DNA from: Azolla caroliniana
Lineage: Eukaryota; Plantae; Polypodiophyta
Assembly: GCA_043228905.1 (NCBI GenBank)
Contig: JBHGNT010000114.1
Span: forward strand, 1 to 64,000
DNA length: 64,000 bases
Reading direction: 5' to 3'
Shown: positions 12,980-26,232 of the stretch, piece after piece
Layout of the letters: every line of letters begins with the position of its first letter
Position numbering within the stretch: the first letter of the stretch is position 1
Translations under genes and position numbers: made by a program
Notes under the pieces: model-generated
What the model was told of the DNA's origin: nothing
The model's database searches: none
Seen by the model: the letters and a program-made list of their open reading frames with translations, nothing else

Positions 12980-15900
12980 CAGAGAATACACAAGGTAAAA
13001 GTATATTGACAAAGGAGAAAGACTGAACGTTATACAAGGTGGGAGGAGGGTGCTTTATGTAGTCACCCTCTCTCTTCATTAACTACAAGCCTCATGGAGC
13101 ATGGGGAATGTGAAAGCTCATAAGTTATGTGTCATAGAATATGATTCTATGACTCATACTAAATGCTAGAATACAAAGTGGTGACATAATGGTGACTCTT
13201 GACCGTTGGAGTGTCTCTTCACTCTCAAGGTGAATTCACACACTAGACCAAGTTGAGCTTGATTCTCAACACACCCCCTCAAGCTCAAGTCGGGTCGGTT
13301 TCAGACGGCATCCAAAATCCACTTCAACTCGCATTCCGGAGTCCGCGTCACCTCGTGTCGGCTCGCTTTATATGGAGTTGCGGAATCCGTGCTCTAGCTT
13401 GCGTTGTGCGTAGTTACGAAGTTTGTGCTTTGGCTTGCGTCTTTCTTCACGGCTTTGCGCGGTAGATCGGCTCTTCGCTACTTCGTTGCGTGGTTGCGGA
13501 ATCCATGTGTTATTGCGTAGTGTCTTCAGTACTCCCCCTCAAGCTTGGCAGGTCAGGGATTGTCAATCCAACATCGGTCATGAATTGCCATAGCTTGTCG
13601 GCTCCTACGGCTTTAGTGAAGATGTCAGCCGTTTGAAGATTGGTGCTAATGTGTTGTAGGTCAACATCGCCAGCCAGAACGCGCTCTCAGATGAAGTGAT
13701 AGTGCACTTCGATGTGCTTTGTCCGTGCGTGGAACACCAGGTTCCGAGCTAGATAGATACTGCTCATGTTGTCACAATAACGGGAAGTCGGATCCTTGAT
13801 GGGTACACTCAGATCCTTCAAAATCCTCTTGTGCCATACGGCTTCACATGCAGCTACGGCTGCGCCCCTATATTCAACCTCCGTACTCGAAAGAGCGATG
13901 GTAGGCGGCTCCTTGCTGCTCCAGGATATTGCTCCACTACCGAGGGAGAAAACAAATCCGGAGGTTGATCTTCTATCGGCTTTGTAGCCCGTCCAATCGG
14001 CGTCTGTGTACCCCTCGAGTCGTATTGGCATCACGGTCTTGTAGAGGATGCCGCAATCCATTGTGCCGCTCACATATCGTAGAACTCGCTTAGCGCAATC
14101 CAAGTGAGTATCACGCGGTGTTTGCATGAATTGGCTAAGGAGACCGGCCGGATAACTGAGATCGGGTCGAGTGATCGTGAGGTAGATGAGACTCCCGATG
14201 AGTTGCCGATACTGAGTCGGCTCACACGCTTTGGTGCCGGAGTTCGCATCTAGTTTGAGATTACGATCAAGCGGGGTTACCACGGATTTGCACTCAGCCA
14301 TCCCGAACTTGTATAACAAGTTGAGGATGTAGTGCCATTGAGAGATCATGGTTCCGGCCGGAGACCGAATTACCTCGATGCCAAGGAAGTAGTGGAACTC
14401 CTTCATGTCTGTCATCTCAAACTTGTCGGAAAGGAGGGATTTGACCTTAGTGATTTTGACGAGATGCTCACCTCCAATGACTAGGTCATCCACATATAAG
14501 ATGATGACGATCGGACTTGCGGAATCGCTTCGTATGTAGAGGGAGTTGTCCGATTTTGACATACGGAAGCCGATTTGATGAAGATATTCCGTTATCTTCG
14601 AATGCCAAGCACGCGGTGCTTGCTTGAGGCCGTAGAGTGGCTTCTTGAGTCGGCAAACAACTTTCAGATGGGTGCTCGAGTTGAAGCCGGGTGGTTGGAT
14701 CATGTACACCTCCTCTTCTAATTCTCCTTGTAGAAAGGCGTTCTTGACATCCATTTGATGGAGGTGCCACCCTTTCGCCGCGGGAATCGCAATTACGGTC
14801 CGCACCGTCGTCATCTTTGCCACCGGGGCAAAGGTCTCTTTGTAATCGACGCCATGCGTCTAAGCGTATCCTTTCGCTACGAGTCGAGCTTTGTAGCGGT
14901 TTACAGAGCCATCGGCGTTATACTTCACCTTGTAGATCCATCTGCATCCGATCGCCTTTTTGTGTGGTGAGGTGGGAACGAGATCCCACGTCTCGTTCTT
15001 CCGTAGTGCCTGCATCTCCTCGTTCATTGCTTCGATCCATCGCGGGTCCCTCGCGGCTTCCGAAAAGGTTTCCGGCTCCCATACTGTCGCTACCTTCATC
15101 ATAAAGGCGTAATGGTACGCCATATAATCGTTGTAGCCGAATCGGCTTACGGGGTTCTTTTCACGAGTGGATCGGCGGAGCTTTTCATTTGCAGTGATGA
15201 GGGCTTTCTTAGCTCCGATTGGTACGTCAAAGCCGCCGAACTCAGTATCAAGTGAGTGAGTCGACTCATCGTCGTTGAAGTGATCATCTTCATATTCCGC
15301 CATTTTCGCCTTGCCTTTGTCCATCTTTGGGCTAGGCCGTGATGTGCTTTGATCACTCAAAGACTCTTGTGGTCCGCTCAGTCGGGTCATGATCGGACTT
15401 TCTTCGATCATGCGCGTAGGGCATCTTCATCCTCGATCTCTTGTTCGGTAGATTCCGGGTCGAGCTAAGTCGGAGGCGAAGTTGTCTTTGGTGCGTACCA
15501 GGATGCGGACTCGTCAAAAACGACGTCTCGACTTACTCGAGATTTTCGAGTTGAGGGGTTGTAGCACTTGTACCCCTTTTGCTCCAATGAGTATCCTATG
15601 AGGATACATTTCTCTGACTTCGGGTCAAGCTTTTGACGCTTCTCGTCGGGGATGTGCACGTACACTATCGCGCCGAATATCCGGATGTGCGATAAATCCG
15701 GCTTCCTTCCGAAGTATTTTTCGTGCGGACTGACCTCGTGCACGCCGGATGTTGTGCACCGGTTCATTAGGTAGATGGCCGTATTTGCAGCTTCGGCCCA
15801 ATATGACTTGGGCATATGCTTCTCGTTCATCATGGCCTGCGCTACTTCGAGGATATGCCGATTTTTGCGCTCAGCTACTCTGTTTTGTTGCGGAGTGTGT

Positions 15901-18006
15901 CGGCAAGTGAATTCTCGCCGAATTCCTTCCTTTCGGAGATACGCCGTGAAATCGTCCGAGAAGTACTCCTTGCCGCCATTCGATCGAAGGCATCGTACAT
16001 GTCGGCCCGTGGCTTTCTCGACTTCATTCTTGAAATTTTGGAAGTGTCCGAACACTTCGCTCTTTTGCCGCATCGGGTAGATCCAAGTGTGCCTAGAGAA
16101 GTCGTCGATGAAGATCAGATAATATCGGCATCCGCCGAATGTAGCCCTCTGCGCCGGTCCCCATACGTCGGAATGGACTACGTCGAGTAGACCTTTGCTC
16201 ACGTTCCGCTCTTTCGGGAATGGGTGTCAGTGTTGCTTGCCGAATTGGCACGCTTCGCATACACATTCAATCTCCTTCTCTTTGAATGTCGGGAATCCGA
16301 TGACGACTCCTTTCGATTTCATTGCTTTGATTTTGTTGAGATTGATGTGGCTAATTCGCTTATGCCATAGCCCTATGTCGGAGTCGGCTTTCGTGTTTTT
16401 CGCGAACATGGCGGATTTCATCTCGCGTGAATTGAGAATGAACATTCGGCCCTCTCTTCGTCCGCGTGCGATGAGTCGGCCCTCTTTTTTGATGAAGCAA
16501 CCGCCTTGATTAAATCGAACTTGTATCCCTTACTCTACAATTTGGCCGACGGAGACCAAATTCTTCGTAATGGTTGGTACATGCAAGACATTTTTAATGT
16601 AATTTTTCTTACCTTCTTTTCCGAACAGAACATTGCCGATGTGCCGAATCGGGTGTGTAGTGTCATCTCCGGTTTCGACATAGTCGGGCCGGTCCGGCTC
16701 TCGAAGTTCTCAGAGCCATTCTTGATGCGATGTCATATGGTTCCAGGCACTTAAATCGACGAACCATACATCTTCTTGACCAGAGGCACTAGTTTAGGTA
16801 GCGGCCGCCATAGAGTTTGCTCTATGTTTCATCATGAACATTTTTCCACGGTCGGAGTTGTGCGCATACATTCTGCCATGATCTTGGTAGTCAGAGTTGT
16901 GTGCGTAATTCGTGAGTTGTCGGCTTGTGGAAGCTGATTCACGCATCTTCTTTCGGCACTCTTCTTCGTGGTGGCCGAGCTTTCGGTAATATCCGCATTC
17001 GGTTGCGTTTTGACGGCTCGGGCTGGAGTGGAAGCTCCCCCTTCTTGCGAAGGTTCCTCGTTGGCCTCCGTTTTGCGGCCGAAATTGGGAGTTGTTGTCA
17101 TAAGTCGGACCTCGTTCGCCTTGTCCTTGGCCAAATCGGCCTATCGCTCGTCCGTGTCCTCTTCCTCCATTAGAGTGTGTGTAGAGCATATGGCCTTCTG
17201 ACTCATAGCTCCTTGTACACACGTGGTTTTCTTCGACCAATAGCATTGATTGGAGCTCGAAGAAGGAGGGAGATTTCTCCCGTGCTAGAACGGCGGTTCG
17301 CATCGCGCCGAACCGTTGTGCGAGGCCGCCGAGGCATATTTGCACCATCTCATCATCAGCTATACATACGCTTATTGAGCCGAGCAAGTCGCAAAGCTCC
17401 TTGATCTTCAAGGTGTATGTCGTGATGGACATGTCCCTTTGTTGAATGTTGTTCAACTCTTGGCGGAGTTGAAGCTTCCTCGCGGTCGTGTTGGTGGCGA
17501 AAATCTTTCGTAGATTTTCCCACGCTTCCTTCGGCATCTTGGCTTCTCGAATGTAACCAAGCATGTGGTCGTGAACACATGTCGCCAAATAATACATCAC
17601 GTAGCTTGCGGCTTGCTCCCATGTCGTGTATCCGGGAGCCGCTTCGGCGGGTCGGTCTTCATGCGCTCCTTTGATGTAGCTCCAATAGCCTTGTCCAACA
17701 AGGTATTGGTGCATCTTGTACTCCCAAGATGCGAAGTTGTTTCAATCCAACTTCTTGGTAGGGAGAGCGCTCCCCATTTGAGTATTCATTATGTCGATTC
17801 TTCCTCTTCTTCTTCTCTCTTCGAATGCGAGCTATGTAGTGAAGCTACGATAGCTATGAGCCGGTTCTTGGTTGTCGCTGTAGAGCACAACACATGATCA
17901 CGATGAGGCGAATGGGCTAGATCGAGTTACCAAATCGCCCTGATACCATGTAAAGAATCAAGAGATGGATTCTTGTGAAGCGGAAGAGATGTGACTTATG
18001 TGTGTG

Positions 18007-18047
<41 letters not shown>

Positions 18048-18338
18048 TAGAGAATACGCAAGGTAAAAGTATATTGACAAAGGAGAAAGACTCAACGTTA
18101 TACAAGGTGGGAGGAGGGTGCTTTATGTAGTCACGCTCTCTCTTCATTAACTACAAGCCTCATGGAGCATGGGGAATTGAAAGCTCATAAGTTATGTGTC
18201 ATAGAATAGGATTCTATGACTCATACTAAATGCTAGAATACAAAGTGGTGACATAATGGTGACTCTTGACCGTTGGAGTGTCTCTTCACTCTCAAGGTGA
18301 ATTCACACACTAGACCAAGTTGAGCTTGATTCTCAATA
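12887..18338 (-). mobile_element. Full-length Ty1/copia element C1, inserted in transposase intron 1
   Basis: LTRs 12887-13271 and 17949-18338 are highly similar and contain (AG)n. TSD GTTTC. iMet-type PBS TGGTATCAGGGCG. PPT GAGGGGGTG. Gag-PR-INT-RT-RH order. Confidence 0.97.
13540..17790 (-). pseudogene. pol: C1 gag-pol polyprotein, broken by a few stops and frameshifts
   Basis: ORFs 16794-17714 (gag), 16227-16445 (GAG-pre-integrase), 15465-16202 (integrase, VHSDVWGP), 14860-15411 and 13687-14823 (RT with YVDD; RNase H with TDADW and RTKHIEV). Confidence 0.95.
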
Positions 18339-19199
18339 GTTTCTAAATATTATTTTTTACTAAAGGATTCTATTAACTTTTGTTATTTATTGAGTGATGT
18401 AGGTGGTATCGTTCATGAACTTCAAAGACCAACATCCTAACATCAATCTTGGATTTCGCAAGTTCTAAGGTTTGAAACCGTTTTTTGTTAGAAAGTTAAA
18501 AGAGAGGAACACATGTTGTTGTGTGTACCACATTAAGATGGACATGTTAAGGATTGGCCTGAACACTATGCGTATTGATTCTAAGGGTATACACGGGGAT
18601 GGGTGTGTTTGCAATTGTGAGGTATGTAGACCAAATGGGAGTGATAATAGATGTAATGCGTGAAACATGACTTATGCATCGGTTTTTGAGTTATGGAGGT
18701 CTTTTGTTTGTGAAAAACAACCATTATCTGAGTGGCATAAGCATACATGTCTTCGAAGAACATGTAGAGTTTGCCCACGACCACCATTTTGTAGACAGGA
18801 CCTTGATGTAGGTAACTATCATTTTGTATCTGTTATGGACTTTGCAGAGAACTATACGTTTAAAGTTCAAAATCAGGTTCAATCAATGCATTGGTACAAT
18901 GACCAATTGACAATACTTGTACATATTTGCTACTGGAGAAAAGACGGTGAGTTACATAAGAAATCAATATTCTACATTTCAGATGATAAAAAGCATGATA
19001 CACTATTTGTTCAACATTGTTTTAAGCTTCACCATGCAGATTTATTGTCCTTGGGTGTTAACTTTAATCGGCATTGGGTTTGGTTTGATGGTGCTGCCTC
19101 GCAATTTAAGGGGGCCCGGTCCTTCTACTTCATTGCACGGTGAGGAAATAATCCATATGTTTGGTACTTATAAATGGAAGTCTATTTTGGTAATACTCC

Positions 19200-20310
19200 A
19201 TAGTACTTATAAATGTTTGTATAAAATACTGAATTAGTAAATCTCCAACTACATGCACTAGTACTGTCTTGGAATGTGAATCTGAACTGATTTGCCATTT
19301 AGTTCTCTCCTCCTTGATTCACTAGTACTGATTATGGTAATAACCATGTTAAGTAAACTTAACTTACAAGTTAGTACTATCGTCCTACGTGTACAAGTAC
19401 TAATTAAGGTTGAGGCCTTGTAATGTATCCGTAATTTACAACATAGTATTGTCCCCAAAGCTGCACATGCACAAGTACTGACAATGGTTTACAACTAAGT
19501 ACTCAGATCCCACATGCACAAGTACTAATTTATAACTTAGGATTGTATTCCTTCATTAGCAACCCTCTCTCGTTCATTAGTACTAATTTATAACTTTGGA
19601 CTGCCATCAGACAAGCACGAACACTAATTAATACTTACATTGCCCCCTCTCAGTAATGTTTGTACTAATTGATAAATTAGTTGTATGCAACTTTGTTCGT
19701 TAATTTATAACTTATGATTGTTCTCTCTTATTAATACTAATTATTAACTTAGTACTATCCGACCATGTTCATTAGTACTAATTATTAACTTAGTACTGTC
19801 CAACATTGTTCATTAAGACCAACTTATAACTTAGGACTGTCCTCTGTCAAGCATTAGTACTAATTAATAACTTAGTATTGTCCAACTTTGTTTATTAAGA
19901 CCAACTTATAACTTAGGACTGTCCTTTGTCATGCATTAGTTCTAATTAATAACTTAGCACTCTCCAACTTTGTTCATTACAACCAACTTATAAGTTATGG
20001 TTGTTCTCTCTCTAATGCATTAGTACTGATTAGTAACTTACCACTCCCCAGTCTCGTATATTAGTACTAATTTCCAACTTAATATTATCCTTTCTCGTGC
20101 ATTAGTACTATTAAATTAATAACTTACAACTTCCCGCTCTCGTCTATTAGTACTAATCTCCAACTTAGTATTATCCTCTCTCGTGCATTAGTACTAATCA
20201 ATAACTTAGTCCTATCCTCTCTCGTGCATTAGTACTAATCAATAACTTAGTACTATCCTCTCTTGTTCATTTGTACTGATTCAAATATTAGTATTGTTCA
20301 CTCATGCATA
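19200..20310. repeat. Degenerate ~40-bp tandem array rich in palindromic (TT)AGTACT(AA), in transposase intron 2
   Basis: Unit approximately CATTAGTACTAATCAATAACTTAGTACTATCCTCTCTCGTG. I counted 20 exact AGTACT between 19140 and 20379. Confidence 0.9.
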
Positions 20311-21607
20311 AATAATAATTATGGTTTAAGTCATGCAATTAATTATGTTTGTTGGCTAATTGTCATGCAAAACACCCAGATACTCCTCATTGACAAACAT
20401 TAGGATGCAATGGAACTACTTCGGGTCTGGACATGGAAAGGGAGTGCACAATGGCGCGGGGGCTGTGATCAAGCGTGCTCTTACATCGGAGCAGTTGGAT
20501 AATAAAGGTGCGAAGCTACAAAATGCACATGATGTTGAGTGGCTCACATGGAAGATGTCAAATGATGGTAAGAATAGATTGTTTATTGAGGTTCGTGCTC
20601 ATGAGGTGGATAGGAGTAAATCATACGGTTGTAAAACCATGAAAGGGATGTGCAAGACCCATTGTGTTTTAGGGTTTAGTCGCAAGGACACAACACAATT
20701 GTTATTCCACAATTTATCCTGCTTTTGTTCCATGTGTTTAGATGAAGCTTGGGATGAATGCACCAATCTATCAATTGTGGAGCCATGGAAGCTACAGAAG
20801 CTAGAGATAGAACACAGTGTGAATATCCAATAAAACGAACATTCAGATAATATTGTATACTACAACCAGTGTGAGGACTTGACAATATTATTGGAAGTTG
20901 GAGATCATTTTGTAGTGCTCAGATCTCCTCAGAATGAAGATTTTGAAGACTACTACATTGTGGTGTGCAAGAAAGGAAATACAATATTGGAAGAAGTCGT
21001 GAGGGATGGCTAGGGCAACATGTTCAATGTTGGTGAGTCTGTTGTGTATGGCAACTACTATGCAAAGTTGCCACAATGCAAGAACACATATGCATTGTTA
21101 AAAGAAGCACCCACCACAATTATCTATGTAGATGCCATTATTGCAATCAAGTTCAAAATGACTCAAGCAAAGCACAAGGTTAAGGGATACAACACTGCCT
21201 ACAAAGTCCCTAAAGGGGTACACGAACACATTTGGGGGAGGTCTCCCTCTTGAATGCTTAGAAAGGCAAGTGTTGCGTCTAATGTAACTTTTGCATGTAT
21301 TCAAACTCTGACTTACAAGGGAAAGGAAATATATCATCTTGGGTTTCCATATTTATCTTGGGTTTATTAACAATATCCCACTTTGCTTTAGAGATGTATG
21401 TTTCTTTCACATGAAGTGTCTTGTGCTTGGTAAAAAATCTCATTGGCCAGTATCTGAGCCTACATCAGTATCAAAGTTAGGAGTTCATATGTATCAAAGT
21501 TAGGAGTTCATATGTGTGCCTATAACTCTTTAGTAGTTCATATGTATCATATGTGTGCCTATAACTCTTTAGGAGTTCATATGTATAAAAGTTAGTAGAA
21601 TGCATAT

Positions 21608-22248
21608 TGATGAGAGAGAGATGATAGAAAAGAGAGATAAGGAAGATAAACGAACCCAAAACCACAAAGATCTATTGCTAATGAATAATTATGATGACCA
21701 GGAAGAGAGAAAGAAGATACATAAATCCAAGTCTACAAGGATAAATTGATAACAACTCAACCAACACTACGTGAATAGGCAAGAAAACATCACAAGAAAG
21801 AGACTCTCCTACCACCTTACTCTTCTTCCTTTATATAAAGTTCTCTTCCCCTAGATAAGCTTCCCTTGCTTTCTTTTTTATGCTTTTTTTAGCGTTTTTA
21901 TCGAGTCCTATTCTTATCTATGACACAACAATCTTCAAATCGTTATATCTCCCTCGTCCGAGCTCCAAATTTAGAAATTTAAACATCTATGGATAGCTCT
22001 CTTCACAAGATTTCTAACCCATATTTGCACGTTAAATTTAGCTTCCAAACGAATGAGTTACGAGCGTTCGTTGCAGACTGCGTTTTGGTGGCTTGCTTTT
22101 TTCTTCTTTTACTTTTCTCCATCTTTCTTGCTTTTAGTTTGACTTATCCTTGAGACCTTGGTTCGTGATCTTGCCCTCCTGATGTGAATGCTCCATACCT
22201 TATATTTTTGTAGTGTCCAATACCTTGAATTCTAAAATCACTTTCACA
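21608..22248. mobile_element. Possible old solo LTR-like insertion
   Basis: TG...CA with flanks CATAT/CATAC, an internal TATA-like TTATATAAAG and an LTR-like ATATCTCCCTCGTCCGAGCTCC tract. No second copy in the window. Confidence 0.3.
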
Positions 22249-23090
22249 CATACCAAGTTAGTACTAAATCTGTGTTAAGAGTTTGGTAACGTAGACATAT
22301 GTAAGATAAGAGTGTTCATTCCACTCATCACTCATCTGCTCACTGACACATGTGTGCATAAAAAGTAAACCAGAACAATGTCACGATGAAGGTAATCAAT
22401 AACTTAACATTCCTATCAATTACAAACAACCACCTAGATACAATAAACTTATCTAGGTATTGAGTGGCACTTCATCGTCGGAGGTAGTAGACAATTGAGT
22501 GGCACGAGGCAGTAGTAAATTAGCTACAATGCATATCAACTTAGCACTTAAATTATGTTTTAAGTGTTTACTAACCTAGGCATATCTAAGATAGGAGTGT
22601 TCATTCCACTCATGACTTTACATTCTCACCATCACATGTGTGCATAACAAGTTAATTAAAACTGTGTCAAGATGAGGATAATCAATGACTTAGCATTCCT
22701 ATCAATAACTTTGCATCCAATTCACATTCCGTATATGTAAACCCCATTAGTGTCAAGAAGTAGGTAATCAATAACTTTACATTTGGTAATCAATTACATA
22801 CAACGATCAAAATACAATAAACTTTGGTTTTAGTTTTTTTTTTATCTTGTAATGTGCCTATTTTTGGTTTCATTCTTCTCAGATTTCACACCCTTCGTCA
22901 TCTTAAAACCACGAGGTAGTAAACTACTTAGTGGAAATTCATCATCGGAGGGTGAACCCAAGCTTGAGGAAATAGTGTGCTCTATTGCAATTGCTTGAGA
23001 TGCACACAATTCTAAGAAGATGCGGTCGATAGTCTTACCAGAAATCTCATGGAGGTCATTGGACGTGTCATTCTTCAATTTTCTCGGTTC

Positions 23091-23339
23091 CACTACCACA
23101 TTATTAGGAGTACAAACATGTTCCTCATCTTGGGTAGACACCACTACCACCTTATTAGGAGTACAAACATGTTCCTCATCTTGGGTAGACACCACTACCA
23201 CCTTATTAGGAGTACAAACATGTTCCTCATCTTGGGTAGACACCACTACCACCTTATTAGGAGTACGAACATGTTCCTCATCTTGGGTAGACACCACTAC
23301 CACCTTATTAGGAGTACAAACATGTTCCTCATCTTGGGT
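23091..23339 (-). repeat. Coding 51-bp minisatellite, about 5 copies (VVVVSTQDEEHVCTPNK)
   Basis: Near-identical units ACCTTATTAGGAGTACAAACATGTTCCTCATCTTGGGTAGACACCACTACC with no spacers. Confidence 0.95.
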
Positions 23340-24632
23340 GTTGTCTTCATTGCAAACTCGTCGTTGATCAAGGTAGACACTTACTCCAAGTGCAAGCTAC
23401 TTACAGTATTTTGGACAAACACATCATTCATAGTACCACACTCTCCTTCTTTTTGGGTAGTTGCAAGGGTCTCCTTAATGATACAACATTGCCCTAGGTT
23501 AAGGCTGCTTGTGGTGTTTTGGACACACACCTCATTCTTTGTACAACCATGATCCTCTCCTTGGGTCAATTTCACATTCTCTGCGGACTCCATTGCAAAG
23601 TTTCTTGTCACCTCATGCTTGGTCCACTCCAACTCCTCTTTTTGGGTGATCTCGCATTCCTCATGTGTGGTAGCGTCTGAGCCGGAATAATCAAGATTGC
23701 TCCATAAACTGCCTGAATCATCTGATGGTATTTGTGAATCTACATGCTCTTTTACTCCTAAATAATAGTAAAGTGATGCAAGAACAATATCAATTCACAT
23801 TCTGAAAAAGTGAAGGCACCTAGCCAAATGTTTAAGGTTAAGAGACAAATGTTTACATACTATTACATTGTCATTGTTGCTTCAGATGGTCCCATTTTCA
23901 AGTTGGGGCTCTTCATCATGCCAATATTTCACAACACTCTCTATGTATTAACACACTTGTACATTATTGTCATGTGAAGTAATATGGTCAAAATAACAAT
24001 TATATGAGAGGGCTCCCAACATGTACCTGGAAGTGAGATAAATTCTTCTTCATATTGTGGCTCTGAATCTGTATCTCCATTTCCATTACTCTTTTCTTCC
24101 TTGTCTAAAAACAAAAGTATGTAGTATTAGTCTAACTCATCAAGATGACAACAACCACAAGTTTGTGAGAATTTGTATTACCCACCACAACAATCAACTT
24201 TGCATTTCTTCCTCTTTCCGTACAATTTCCTTGTAACATTATGCTTCTTCGTAGGTTCTTTGATAGAAACATAATAAATTAGTAGTATACCAACATTTTA
24301 GGAATTAGAAAGGCAAACACGATTAGCATTACCATTGACACAGTTAGACCGTGCCAAGCTAGGAGATTTTGTTTCAAGCATCACATCTTCAACTGTTCCA
24401 ATGGCCTTTCTCATACATTCATCTTTATCATAAACTTCATCAGGTACCACTAAGGAACGACCATGCACTTTGGAATTTGCAATAGACTCTGTACGTAGTA
24501 TCGCGGGGCCTTGTTTGTCAATTATCTTCCCTGGTGTGGTGTTGCTAGAAACTACAACATTCATATTATACGCATACATATTATAAGAGTACATATTATA
24601 ACATGAGTCCAAAATTACAAATATAGTACTGA

Positions 24633-25410
24633 TCCACCTGGACATGCATATTTCATTTGGTAACGAACAATGCTAGTACTAAAAAGCCAACACATTCATG
24701 TCTATTTGTTCGTTCATGCAAAGCCTAATTCAAGGGGACACAAAAAGTATAATGCAATAAGCAATATTAGTACTAATACAAGTTATACAACCAAACATTT
24801 AGGACCCTCTGTACCAAATAATCAATATTGAATCAATTGATCATGAAGGAATACAATGTATTAAGTAATGTTAGTACTTAATCAACATATTGGGAGCTTA
24901 AAGGATTAGTACTAAGCCTCCTGGACATGCATATTTCATCTGGTAATGAACAATGCTAGTACTAAAAAGCCAAGACCTTCATGCCTATTTGTTCGGTTAT
25001 GCAAAGCCTAAGTCAAGTGGACTCAAAAAGTACAATGCAATTAACCAATGTTAGTACTAATACGATTTATACAACTAAAAATTTAAGACCCTCCATACCA
25101 AATAATCAATACTGAATCAATTGATCACGAAGGAATACAATGGAATAAGTATTGTTAGTACTTAATCAACATCTTAGGATCTTAAAGGAATAGTATTGAA
25201 CCACCTGGACATGCATATTTCTGATAGTAATGAACAATGTTAGTATTAAACAACAAAGACCGACATGCCTATTTGTTCGATCATGCAAAGCCTACGTCAA
25301 GTGGACAAAAAAAGTACAATGCAATAAACAATGTTAGTACTAATACAAGTTATACAACTAAACATTTAAGACCTTTAGTACTAAATAATCTGCACTAAAT
25401 CAACTGATCA
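24633..25410. repeat. ~283-bp tandem triplication in an intron of gene 2, AGTACT-rich
   Basis: CTGGACATGCATATTTC recurs at about 24638, 24920 and 25205. I counted 10 exact AGTACT between 24620 and 25400. Confidence 0.9.
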
Positions 25411-26232
25411 TCCTAGATCCAACTGTAAGAATAGAACCAAAAGTAAAATTATAAAATAATAGTATAAAAATTGCATAATGCTTAATCACATACCATAGGA
25501 GTGTACTTTCAAATCCCAAGCTAGGTACTATTTGACTCCAACTGTACTTTTACAGTCCAAACATATATTTTCTTTCTCGAAATGGTACTTAGCACATAAC
25601 AAATTATATGTGTGCAAGCATGGTACTTAGCACATAACAAATTATATGTGATAGCATCCATAGACTCAAGGTTGAATCCAAGGCCACAGAATAAATGTTA
25701 CCGATTAGGAACACTGTCTACGCTCAGTCCTTCGAGGTAGACCTCAAGGTGACCGTGTTACAAGGAATGAAACAATCCTGTCGTAAATCATAATGGGATA
25801 CCACCCCATATCCCGACAGCATATAAGGGAGACGGCTACAACCGAACTCCTTAGGAAGTGTACTAGTATCCGCATTTACGCTTACACACACTTACGATTA
25901 AACAGTATGCACAGAGAAACAAGGTACGCAACAGAGAAACAATGGACGACCACCTAGATAGCCATAGATATGCACATAGATCAGAGAAGATAGCATTCTA
26001 TTAGAAAAATGCAGCAACACTCTAAATTACACGCTACCTCTTACAGAGGATTTCTTCCCTTTATATACACATGGTGTTTAGCCATTCACGCTTCCCTCGT
26101 GAACCGTTACATTCGCTTCTTAACGCTTTACTATATTATAATATTTCTGCGCATCTGTCCGTCGGTTACGATTCCAAGGACAACACCTGGTACGCATGTG
26201 GAACAGTGTCATGGCACGTCGGACTCATCCCT

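Larger units (their letters stand above)
12248..21253 (+). pseudogene. Intron-containing Sola2-like DDD transposase (exons ~12248-12856, 18403-19139, 20380-21253)
   Basis: TRVSPNKKDV, LKPFFV..TCCCVYH, MDFAENY..QVQSMHW, ISDDKKHD, WFDGAASQFK and SGHGKGVH(N)GAGAVIK motifs. GT-AG introns 12857-18402 (89 nt without the copia) and 19140-20379 join the frames. Stops present, and the third acidic residue appears changed from D to N. Confidence 0.85.

Noticed and set aside
19500-20310. Palindromic repeat array as CRISPR-like
   Set aside because: Degenerate tandem repeat whose intervening sequences are related to each other; it lies inside a GT-AG intron.
23091-23339. Regular repeats resembling a CRISPR array
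   Set aside because: Head-to-tail 51-bp units with no unique spacers, no cas genes and a eukaryotic context.
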